IMG/VR virus record: IMGVR_UViG_3300029886_000071
Direction: 5' to 3' (one strand)
From: a virus
Taxonomy: Duplodnaviria; Heunggongvirae; Uroviricota; Caudoviricetes
Length of the DNA: 30,556 nucleotides
The notes beneath the pieces are model-generated. The model was not told the DNA's origin and made no database searches. It worked only from the letters and a program-made list of their open reading frames with translations. The stretch's first letter is position 1. Every line of letters begins with the position of its first letter. The position numbers and the translations under genes were made by a program. Of the stretch, positions 1 to 8,024 are shown in pieces.

Positions 1-1
1 G

Positions 2-349
2 GATAAGGCGAAAAAGGTGCTGGCGCTGAAAGTGGATCCGGAGTCGCCGGAGTCTTTTATGTTACGCCCAAAACGTCGCCGCTGGGTTAATGAAAAGTAC
101 ACGCGCTGGGTTAAGACGCAGCCGTGTGCATGTTGTGGAAAGCCTGCTGATGATCCCCACCATCTGATAGGCCACGGTCAGGGGGGAATGGGTACAAAAG
201 CGCATGATCTCTTTGTGTTGCCTTTGTGCAGAAAGCATCACGACGAGCTGCATGCGGATACCATGGCATTTGAAGAGAAGTATGGCTCCCAGCTGGAGTT
301 GATATTTCGTTTTATCGATCGTGCGCTGGCAATTGGTGTGCTGGCCTGA
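2..349 (+). CDS. DUF968-like phage protein with Cys/His-rich HNH-like motif; probably 5'-truncated by the window edge
   Basis: Reading frame is open from the first bases of the window; translation contains CACCGKPADDPHHLIGHGQGG...CRKHHDELH; sits immediately upstream of the Q-like gene as in lambdoid prophages. The ORF track starts it at GTG 17. Confidence 0.5.
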   Translation, partial: DKAKKVLALKVDPESPESFMLRPKRRRWVNEKYTRWVKTQPCACCGKPADDPHHLIGHGQGGMGTKAHDLFVLPLCRKHHDELHADTMAFEEKYGSQLELIFRFIDRALAIGVLA

Positions 350-366
350 TTTTGTGGAGAAAGTTG

Positions 367-723
367 ATGCGTGATATGTATGAAGTAATGGATCGTTGGG
401 GAGCTTGGGCTGCTTCAGACAATAGCGGAGTGGACTGGCAGCCGATAGCGGCTGGTTTCAAGGGACTTTTACCTCATGGCAAAAAGTCACGGATTCAGTG
501 TGATGATGACGAAGGCATCATGATAGACAGTTGTGTGGCTCGGTTGAGAAGGTATAAACCAGAGGAATATGAGCTCATCATCGCCCACTTTGTTATCGGT
601 ATCTCATTACGCACTATTGCGAAGAAGAGAAAATGCTCTGATGGCACAATTAGGAAGGAACTGCAAACTGCAATGGGGTTTGTTGACGGCTGTTTAGCAA
701 TGTTAGCTTATAGTATGGCATAA
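367..723 (+). CDS. Putative late-gene antiterminator (Q-like, small phage-82-type) with C-terminal HTH-like region
   Basis: ORF 352..723; ATG at 367 preceded by GGAGA. Position upstream of the lysis cassette; C-terminal EYELIIAHFVIGISLRTIAKKRKCSDGTIRKELQ resembles a sigma region-4 / LuxR-type helix-turn-helix. Family assignment is from memory. Confidence 0.5.
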   Translation: MRDMYEVMDRWGAWAASDNSGVDWQPIAAGFKGLLPHGKKSRIQCDDDEGIMIDSCVARLRRYKPEEYELIIAHFVIGISLRTIAKKRKCSDGTIRKELQTAMGFVDGCLAMLAYSMA

Positions 724-1917
724 AAAATAAAATAGATTTACTGCCGATTTTTCAAAAAAGACTGGGAACTGTTTATATCCAACGTAAATAAGGCCTCCAT
801 AAAACATGGCTGATGCGAGATATTTAACAGTTCTCATCCTTTTTTTAGCTTTATCAATCAAACCTGTAATGCTACTCTTAATACTATCTGCATTATCTTT
901 GATTTCTTTATTTTCTTCAAACTTTAAATACTTATCGAAAGCGGACTCCACTCGAGAACGTAAGTTGTCGAATGTTTCATTGAATATCTCAATAGAAATG
1001 TAATTGACTTTTTTTATCATCCAAAGTCCTGCGATAATCAATATTGCCTCGGTTGTTTCATTAGCCTTCACTAAGCCACCAGCAGCTATTAATGCACCGG
1101 GAATAGTCAATGCTTTTGTCTGATTAGATGATATGAATTCGTTAATTTTACTCGTGAACTCAAGATTTTTCTCATCGAGTTCGTTAAGAATTTTATTTAC
1201 AGAAAACCTCTTTGTGTAAATCTCATATAGTTCATCATATTTTTTCCTGACGAGTTCAGTAGAGTTAAGCAAGTCAAAGAAATTGAACGTACCATTTGCT
1301 TTAAATACTTCGTTTATGGCTGAGCGTATAACGAGCTTGCGCTCGCTTTTGTGTAAATCATTGATTTTTATTGTGTCGAGAAGCTCCTTTATAATTTCAT
1401 ATTTAAGAGACGAGTTCGATAAGCGATTAATCTCGCTATATTGTAAAAAATGCGTGAGTTCGACTGTATAACTTTTGTCTTCATTGGTGAAAAATAAGAC
1501 AGAGCAGTCACTGTTATGATGATCAGCAATTAATGAAAGGATATCTTTCCACATAAAGAAAATATGGATTTTTTCGATGCTTTCATTCTTAGAAGTAGGG
1601 AGTATTAACGGCGTTCCGATGATATAATTTTTCGGAAGAGCGTTTTGGGTGTTTACTCTAGACCAAAAAGACTCAACATTCTCATAAATTATAGCGTCAT
1701 CCCAAGATGAAGCTTGGCGATCTAGCCAAATTTCATTATTTTCGATGCAGGTTGTTGCCTTTTTATAACCTATAGATTGTAACAGTCTAATTATTTCAGA
1801 ACTATTTACAATAACAATGCTTTCTTCAAGACTTATGACAGTGTAGTAGCCCTCAACTCTGCTTGAGGCTCCGTTAATAATCTGCGCTAATCTTGATAAG
1901 TCATCAGCAATTGTCAT
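703..1917 (-). CDS. Hypothetical protein with C-terminal hydrophobic helices (cargo gene B, downstream gene of a two-gene operon); candidate effector
   Basis: 404-aa ORF, AT-rich; start codon 2 bp downstream of the stop of the 1920..3095 gene on the same strand; hydrophobic segments ALTIPGALIAAGGLV, AILIIAGLWMI and YLASAMFYGGLIYVGY near the C-terminus; K/E-rich predicted helical region. Confidence 0.75.
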   Translation of the reverse strand: MTIADDLSRLAQIINGASSRVEGYYTVISLEESIVIVNSSEIIRLLQSIGYKKATTCIENNEIWLDRQASSWDDAIIYENVESFWSRVNTQNALPKNYIIGTPLILPTSKNESIEKIHIFFMWKDILSLIADHHNSDCSVLFFTNEDKSYTVELTHFLQYSEINRLSNSSLKYEIIKELLDTIKINDLHKSERKLVIRSAINEVFKANGTFNFFDLLNSTELVRKKYDELYEIYTKRFSVNKILNELDEKNLEFTSKINEFISSNQTKALTIPGALIAAGGLVKANETTEAILIIAGLWMIKKVNYISIEIFNETFDNLRSRVESAFDKYLKFEENKEIKDNADSIKSSITGLIDKAKKRMRTVKYLASAMFYGGLIYVGYKQFPVFFEKSAVNLFYFLCHTIS

Positions 1918-1919
1918 TA

Positions 1920-3095
1920 TTAGCTGTCTCTATATCTTTTGAGTTCATCATAATTTGCCTGACTCAATTTTATCACAATTTCGCATTTGTTGTCAGTGAG
2001 AATTACAGGCTTATTTGACTTTTCGTCTCCAATAGCTCCACGCATTATTTTCAACTTAAAATTATTGTCGTTATCTGCCACTTCAATTGTAAGCGCGCTT
2101 TCAGCTGCTTTAGGAGTTGGTTCAAATTGAGGGTCAATCTGGAAACCATTAAGATTAACAAAATCGACAAACGTTCCCTTACATTTGTGTGAATCAGTCA
2201 GGCATGAGTCAATTATTTTTGAAATATCCTCTATCTTAACGGACTTATTTCCGTGTTTATCTTTTGATTTTTTTTCCAGTAAGGATTTAACTTCGTTGTC
2301 AATAGTATCACGCAGTACACGACCGAGTGAGTTTTTACTAGCAAAAATATCTATAGCACTGAATAATTGCTGAATGCTTCTTTTATTGTCCGAATCATGT
2401 CGGCAACCTAATGAGTCTTTGAAAAAATCGCTTTTAGATTTACCTTGCAAGAAATGTACATATGAGTCACCCTTGTTTTCTGGATAACTGGCTTCGAATA
2501 AAGTTAAATCGAACATCGCAGCCTGCCGTAAGGCATCGGTATTAATTGGATTTAATCTTGTTGGGGTCAACTTATCCGAATCAAAGTCATAGGCGCTTTG
2601 TTTATCAACCATTACGATTAGAAGTTTCCCCAAATCCTCTGGTTCGGTAGACTTATAGTGGATGAAAACAACGCTCCCCCCCTGAAGTTGGGCAACTCTC
2701 GATTCGTTATTAGCATTATGTTTAAGCTTCTCTATTATAGCTCTAGATAAATCAATGAATTCATTATTTTTATTAATGTATTTTTTTAGGATCGTAGGAA
2801 TGGATGAAGGGTTGTGATCTGAGTCTAGGAAGTTATGAAATTTGTTTTTTCGGCTAAATTTTTTCTCAATTCTGGTTATGAATTCAGATGTGACTTCATT
2901 TTTTAGATCCCAAACTTCACCTAATCGATAATCAAATGCTCTTGAATCATTTTTTTCAAGATTTGCTGTTACAGCACCAATAGGAAAGTACGATTGTTTG
3001 CCCAGCACTACAACATGAGGCGTGGCACCGCATTTATCGCAAGCTACAGTTGGGTCGTCAAGAACATTGCCACATTCTAAACAAGTTATATCCAT
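1920..3095 (-). CDS. Zinc-ribbon protein with NdpA/YejK-like (NA37) nucleoid-associated domain (cargo gene A, upstream gene of a two-gene operon)
   Basis: 391-aa ORF, AT-rich; N-terminal CLECG...(12 aa)...CDKCG zinc-ribbon motif; motifs GGSVVFIHY and YVHFLQGKSKSDFFKDSLG match my recollection of the YejK/NdpA family ([31 protein letters not shown]). Confidence 0.75.
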   Translation of the reverse strand: MDITCLECGNVLDDPTVACDKCGATPHVVVLGKQSYFPIGAVTANLEKNDSRAFDYRLGEVWDLKNEVTSEFITRIEKKFSRKNKFHNFLDSDHNPSSIPTILKKYINKNNEFIDLSRAIIEKLKHNANNESRVAQLQGGSVVFIHYKSTEPEDLGKLLIVMVDKQSAYDFDSDKLTPTRLNPINTDALRQAAMFDLTLFEASYPENKGDSYVHFLQGKSKSDFFKDSLGCRHDSDNKRSIQQLFSAIDIFASKNSLGRVLRDTIDNEVKSLLEKKSKDKHGNKSVKIEDISKIIDSCLTDSHKCKGTFVDFVNLNGFQIDPQFEPTPKAAESALTIEVADNDNNFKLKIMRGAIGDEKSNKPVILTDNKCEIVIKLSQANYDELKRYRDS

Positions 3096-3212
3096 TATAT
3101 ATCCCGAATTATAAGAATGAATTTTTATGTGGCTGAAAATTCTATCAAAACACTAACGCGTACGCAAAAAGTATTGTATTGTGTTAAGAGTGGTTACTTC
3201 GCCACACAGCTT

Positions 3213-3245
3213 AAACCCGCCGTCGAGCGGGTTTTGTCGTTTCTG
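3213..3245 (+). terminator. Intrinsic terminator-like hairpin upstream of the holin gene; candidate tR'-type late terminator
   Basis: AAACCCGC-CGTCGA-GCGGGTTT stem-loop followed by TGTCGTTTCT on the plus strand. Confidence 0.4.
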
Positions 3246-3386
3246 GGCCTGGGGATTCGTTGGGCCTAGTCTATCCCGCAGTTATCCATTGGCTCGGCTT
3301 CTTTGACGTTTCCGCTTCTGATTTGCGGTACATGATGTTTCCTCAATTTGCACCTGCTGTATCAGCGAGGTGAGAGATAACTACAA

Positions 3387-3713
3387 ATGCCTCATAACCC
3401 AAATACTTGGCTGGAGTTGGTCCAGAGCTGGTGGCGTGGAGACACACCGCTGGGCGCAGTGATTATGTCGATCGTTATGGCTGGCTTGCGCATTGCCTAT
3501 TTTGGCGGTGGTGGTGGCTGGAAGAGAAAAACGCTCGAGATTTTGCTCTGTGGCGCTCTGACGCTGACCTTTGCATCCGCTCTTGAATATGTCGGATGGC
3601 CTAAATCGCTTTCTGTTGCCATTGGTGGTGGCGTGGGGCTGATCGGTGTCGATGCTATTCGTGGGGCTGCAATGCGAGTAATCGGTAACAAATTTGGTAG
3701 CTCGAAGGAGTAA
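3387..3713 (+). CDS. S: Holin, lambda S family
   Basis: 108-aa ORF with hydrophobic helices and charged C-terminus; pattern LRIAYFGGGGGW...ILLCGALTLTF parallels lambda S; directly upstream of the endolysin. Confidence 0.8.
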   Translation: MPHNPNTWLELVQSWWRGDTPLGAVIMSIVMAGLRIAYFGGGGGWKRKTLEILLCGALTLTFASALEYVGWPKSLSVAIGGGVGLIGVDAIRGAAMRVIGNKFGSSKE

Positions 3714-3716
3714 TTT

Positions 3717-4193
3717 ATGCAGGCACTAAATTCCCAGCGTAAAGCTTTCCTGGATATGGTGGCATGGTCAGAAGGAACGGATAACGGGCGACAACCGACA
3801 CGTAACCACGGTTATGATGTTATTGTTGGTGGCGAACTGTTCACTGATTACTCCGATCACCCTCGCAAACTTGTCACGCTAAACCCCAAACTCAAATCAA
3901 CAGCTGCCGGACGTTACCAGCTTCTTTCACGCTGGTGGGATGCTTACCGTAAACAGCTTGGCCTGAAAGATTTTTCTCCAGAAAGCCAGGACGCTGTAGC
4001 TCTGCAGCAGATTAAAGAGCGTGGTGCTTTACCGATGATTGACCGCGGCAGTATTCGTCAGGCAATCGACCGTTGCAGCAATATCTGGGCGTCGTTACCT
4101 GGTGCAGGTTACGGTCAGTATGAACATAAAATCGGTGACCTGATTGCCCGATTTAAAAAAGCTGGTGGGGTAGTAAATGAAGCTGAGATATAA
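3717..4193 (+). CDS. R: Endolysin, lambda R-type lytic transglycosylase
   Basis: Translation (QRKAFLDMVAWSEGTDNGRQPTRNHGYDVIVGGELFTDYSDHPRKLVTLNPKLKSTAAGRYQLLSRWWDAYRKQLGLKDFSP...) is near-identical to lambda R as I recall it; GGAG RBS. Confidence 0.92.
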   Translation: MQALNSQRKAFLDMVAWSEGTDNGRQPTRNHGYDVIVGGELFTDYSDHPRKLVTLNPKLKSTAAGRYQLLSRWWDAYRKQLGLKDFSPESQDAVALQQIKERGALPMIDRGSIRQAIDRCSNIWASLPGAGYGQYEHKIGDLIARFKKAGGVVNEAEI

Positions 4194-4569
4194 GCTGGTT
4201 ATTGTTGCCTTCGTTGTTAGCGTCATTGGTTCCTTCATCTGGTCTGCTGGACATTACTACAGCAAATATCAGCACGAAAAGGAGCGTGCTGATGAGGCTG
4301 TACGAAATGCTGAATCAGCAACTGCCATTACCCGTAACGTTCTGCAATCACTGCAAATCATCAATACAGTTATAGAGGCTAACCAGCATGCAAAACAGCA
4401 GATCGCACTGGAGTCACAGAGAACCCAGGAAGATATCAAAGTGGCTGTTGCGGATGATGATTGTGCTTCAAGTCATGTGCCTGCTGCCGCTGCTGACCGG
4501 TTGCGGAAGTACGCGAACAGTTTACGTGCCGGTTCCGGCGGTACCGCTGCCAACAAGCCTGACCACTGA
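4177..4569 (+). CDS. Rz: i-spanin (Rz-like)
   Basis: 130-aa ORF overlapping the end of R; N-terminal TM helix (LVIVAFVVSVIGSFIW) then coiled-coil-like periplasmic domain; lambdoid position after R. Confidence 0.8.
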   Translation: MKLRYKLVIVAFVVSVIGSFIWSAGHYYSKYQHEKERADEAVRNAESATAITRNVLQSLQIINTVIEANQHAKQQIALESQRTQEDIKVAVADDDCASSHVPAAAADRLRKYANSLRAGSGGTAANKPDH

Positions 4570-4711
4570 AACGCCCCAGCCAGTCATTCCCGACCCGCTG
4601 ACCTATGGGGCCAGTCTGGATCTGAATGTGAGCCTGCTTTCGGCGCTGGGCCAGTGCAACATCGACAAGGCCAGTATCAGGAAGATAGAAACGTCACGCA
4701 ACTCACAGTAG
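4454..4711 (+). CDS. Rz1: o-spanin lipoprotein (Rz1-like), overlapping the 3' end of Rz in another frame
   Basis: ORF 4388..4711 contains MMIVLQVMCLLPLLTGC lipobox-type signal followed by a proline-rich sequence (PVPAVPLPTSLTTETPQPVIPDP) typical of Rz1. Confidence 0.6.
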   Translation: MMIVLQVMCLLPLLTGCGSTRTVYVPVPAVPLPTSLTTETPQPVIPDPLTYGASLDLNVSLLSALGQCNIDKASIRKIETSRNSQ

Positions 4712-4750
4712 CCATTACAAAGCTCATCTGCGGGTGGGCTTTGTAATGGC

Positions 4751-5050
4751 TTATTCGTAGTTGTCACCAGGGAAGTATTCCTGAAACTTTGATTTTGGGA
4801 GCTGGGTTTTCGCGAAGTTCGCAAGCCTTCCTCTTGTAAGCATGTAGTCACACCCACCTTCTTGTTTGAGAAGGTCACCAGCTAATGTCCGATACACAAC
4901 GTCACTTCGCAAAATTTCAATGGTGGAATTCCTGATGAGAAATGTTTCACACATCGGGCATCTAATTAACCAAGCGGTATCACGGTTCTGCCAGGTCGCA
5001 TCTGAATTGCAAGCCGGGCAGCATTTCTGATCTTCTTGTCCTATGACCAT
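4751..5050 (-). CDS. Small hypothetical zinc-ribbon protein (moron candidate) between lysis and packaging genes
   Basis: ORF 4751..5056 on the minus strand; second ATG (5048..5050) has better RBS spacing; CCPAC...(18 aa)...CPMC motif; opposite strand to all flanking phage genes. Confidence 0.5.
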   Translation of the reverse strand: MVIGQEDQKCCPACNSDATWQNRDTAWLIRCPMCETFLIRNSTIEILRSDVVYRTLAGDLLKQEGGCDYMLTRGRLANFAKTQLPKSKFQEYFPGDNYE

Positions 5051-5129
5051 TGTCATGCTCTCGCATAGTGAAGGAATTTTCAGATTAACTCATTTTCAGA
5101 CGCATCGTAATGGCTTAAGGAAACAATTA

Positions 5130-5480
5130 ATGCCACCACGTACACCAAAAGCCTGCCGCGTTCGCGGTTGCCGCCATACCACAACTGACCCGTCAGGCTA
5201 TTGCGAAAGCCACAAAAGCGAAGGCTGGAAGCAATACAAACCAGGCCTGTCACGTCATCAGCGCGGTTACGGTTCGAAGTGGGATACCATCCGTGAACGT
5301 GTGCTGAAGCGTGACAAAGGCCTGTGTCAGTTATGTCTGCGTTCTGGTGTGGTGCGTGAGGCGAAAACCGTTGACCACATCATCCCTAAAGCGCATGGCG
5401 GCACTGATGCTGACAGTAATCTGCAGAGTCTGTGCTGGCCGTGCCATAAGGCGAAGACGGCCCGTGAACGGTTAAAGTGA
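5130..5480 (+). CDS. HNH homing-type endonuclease associated with the terminase
   Basis: ORF 5043..5480; ATG 5130 has AAGGA RBS; cysteine/histidine motifs (CRVRGCRH...CESH, DHIIPKAHGG, CWPCHKAK); position just upstream of terminase as in HK97-like phages. Confidence 0.8.
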   Translation: MPPRTPKACRVRGCRHTTTDPSGYCESHKSEGWKQYKPGLSRHQRGYGSKWDTIRERVLKRDKGLCQLCLRSGVVREAKTVDHIIPKAHGGTDADSNLQSLCWPCHKAKTARERLK

Positions 5481-5506
5481 TAATAATTCTCAACTGTCTG
5501 AGGGGA

Positions 5507-5567
5507 GGGGCGGGTCAAATCCCTGTGACCTGACGTCTTCCGGACTGCCCGCCCCATCGTTTTTTTA
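5507..5567 (+). other. GC-rich 8-bp inverted repeat (GGGGCGGG ... CCCGCCCC) followed by a T7 run; putative cos-region structure and/or terminator
   Basis: Seen in the HNH-terminase intergenic region, where HK97-type phages carry cos. Confidence 0.3.
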
Positions 5568-5605
5568 TACCCGCGAAAAATGAAATTTAACCAGGAGTGC
5601 CGCAT

Positions 5606-6100
5606 ATGGCTGGAACGGCGGGGCGTTCCGGGCGTCGCCCCAAGCCAACGGCGCGCAAGGCGCTGGCCGGAAACCCCGGCAAGCGAGCCCTGAACAAAGA
5701 TGAACCCGTTTTTACGCCCATCAAAGGTGTTGAGCCACCGGAGTGGTTCGCTGAAGAAGAGCTCCCTCTCGCCACGATCATGTGGCAACTGACAACCAAA
5801 GAACTCTGCGGTCAGGGCCTGCTGTGCGTGACTGACCTCGCAGTGCTTGAGCGGTGGTGCGTAGCCTATGAGTTCTGGCGACGTGCTGTGAAAAATATTG
5901 CCAGACAGGGCAACACCATCACCGGTGCAATGGGCGGCATGGTCAAAAATCCGGAGCTGACCGCCAAAAAAGAACAGGAGTCCGAGATGAGCAGTACGGG
6001 GGCAATGCTCGGACTCGACCCCAGCAGCCGCCAGCGTCTGATTGGCCTGGCGGGGCAGAAGAAAGCCACTAACCCGTTTCTGAAAATTATCGAATCATGA
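5606..6100 (+). CDS. Terminase small subunit
   Basis: ORF 5597..6100; ATG 5606 preceded by AGGAG; immediately upstream of and overlapping the large terminase gene; basic N-terminus. Confidence 0.8.
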   Translation: MAGTAGRSGRRPKPTARKALAGNPGKRALNKDEPVFTPIKGVEPPEWFAEEELPLATIMWQLTTKELCGQGLLCVTDLAVLERWCVAYEFWRRAVKNIARQGNTITGAMGGMVKNPELTAKKEQESEMSSTGAMLGLDPSSRQRLIGLAGQKKATNPFLKIIES

Positions 6101-7830
6101 GCCGGAAATCTTACCCCAACGTAAATGCTGCCAATCAGTATGCCCGGGATGTCGTGCGCGGAAAGATTGTGGCCTGCCAGTTTGTGATTCAGGCCTGCCA
6201 GCGCCATCTTGATGACCTGATGGCGGAAAAAAGTAAGTCGTTTCGTTTCCGCTTCGACAAGGACCTGGCTGAACGGGCCGCCAAATTTATTCAGCTGTTG
6301 CCGCACACCAAGGGTGAGTGGGCATTCAAGAGGATGCCCATCACGCTGGAGCCGTGGCAGCTCTTTGTGATCTGCTGCGCGTTTGGCTGGGTCAATAAAG
6401 GCTCCCGGCTGCGCCGCTTCCGGGAGGTGTATACCGAAATCCCCCGTAAGAACGGCAAATCGGCAATCTCTGCCGGTGTCGCCCTGTATTGTTTTGCCTG
6501 TGATAACGAGTTCGGCGCGGAAGTGTATTCCGGTGCCACGACGGAGAAACAGGCATGGGAAGTCTTTCGTCCGGCAAGACTGATGTGTAAACGCACACCC
6601 ATGCTGACGGAAGCGTTCGGGATTGAGGTTAACGCCTCAAACATGAATCGTCCGGAGGATGGCGCGCGGTTTGAACCGCTGATCGGTAACCCCGGTGATG
6701 GTTCATCACCCCACTGTGCGGTGGTGGATGAATATCACGAGCACGCCACCGATGCGCTTTACACCACGATGCTTACCGGGATGGGGGCGCGACGTCAGCC
6801 ACTGATGTGGGCCATTACTACTGCCGGGTACAACATTGAGGGGCCGTGCTACGACAAGCGGCGGGAAGTTATCGAGATGCTCAACGGGTCGGTACCCAAC
6901 GATGAACTGTTCGGGATCATCTATACCGTTGACGAAGGCGATGACTGGACCGACCCGCAGGTGCTGGAAAAAGCTAACCCGAATATTGGCGTGTCGGTTT
7001 ATCGCGAATTTTTGTTAAGTCAGCAGCAGCGTGCGAAAAATAACGCCCGTCTGGCAAACGTCTTTAAAACAAAACACCTCAATATCTGGGTGTCGGCGCG
7101 TTCGGCGTATTTCAACCTGGTGAGCTGGCAGAGCTGCGAGGATAAATCACTGACCCTTGAGCAGTTCGAGGGGCAGCCGTGCATTCTGGCCTTTGACCTG
7201 GCGCGTAAGCTGGATATGAACAGCATGGCGCGACTTTATACCCGCGAGATTGACGGTAAAACGCATTACTACAGTGTGGCCCCGCGTTTTTGGGTACCGT
7301 ATGACACGGTGTACAGCGTCGAGAAAAATGAAGATCGACGGACAGCCGAACGCTTTCAGAAATGGGTGGAAATGGGCGTTCTGACCGTTACCGATGGTGC
7401 GGAGGTGGATTATCGCTACATCCTCGAGGAGGCCAAAGCGGCGAACAAAATCAGCCCGGTCAGTGAGTCACCCATCGACCCCTTCGGGGCGACCGGGTTG
7501 TCACATGACCTTGCTGATGAAGACCTGAACCCCATCACTATCATTCAGAACTACACCAACATGTCCGACCCGATGAAAGAGCTGGAAGCGGCAATTGAAT
7601 CGGGGCGCTTTCATCATGATGGCAATTCCATCATGACCTGGTGTATCGGCAACGTGGTCGGCAAAACCATTCCGGGTAACGATGATGTGGTGAAGCCCGT
7701 CAAAGAGCAGGCGGAAAACAAAATCGATGGTGCAGTTGCGCTGATTATGGCGGTTGGCAGAGCCATGATGTACGAGAAAGAAGACACGCTGTCTGACCAC
7801 ATTGAGTCCTATGGGATCCGCTCGCTTTAA
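6097..7830 (+). CDS. Terminase large subunit
   Basis: 577-aa ORF; P-loop-like PRKNGKS; acidic DEYHEH motif; start overlaps the small-subunit stop (ATGA). Confidence 0.9.
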
Positions 7831-7841
7831 CTGAGGTAATT

Positions 7842-8024
7842 ATGATCATGCTGATTCTCGCGCCTCTGGTGGGCGTGCTGGGGGCGCTTTTGCTGGCGTA
7901 TGGTGCCTGGCTGATTTATCCCCCGGCGGGGTTTGTTGTTGCCGGGGCGTTGTGCCTGTTCTGGTCGTGGCTGGTGGCGCGATATCTCGACCGTACACAG
8001 TCGTCTGTCGGCGGAGGTAAATAG
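7842..8024 (+). CDS. Small hypothetical membrane protein (two predicted TM helices)
   Basis: 60-aa ORF with GAGGT RBS, tightly packed between terminase and portal; hydrophobic [22 protein letters not shown] and [15 protein letters not shown]. Confidence 0.45.

Noticed and set aside
703-3095. Possibility that the Q-S cargo is a Shiga toxin locus, as in Stx phages
   Set aside because: The two proteins are 391 and 404 aa, on the opposite strand, and show no resemblance to StxA/StxB (no signal-peptide A/B pair of about 315 and 89 aa).
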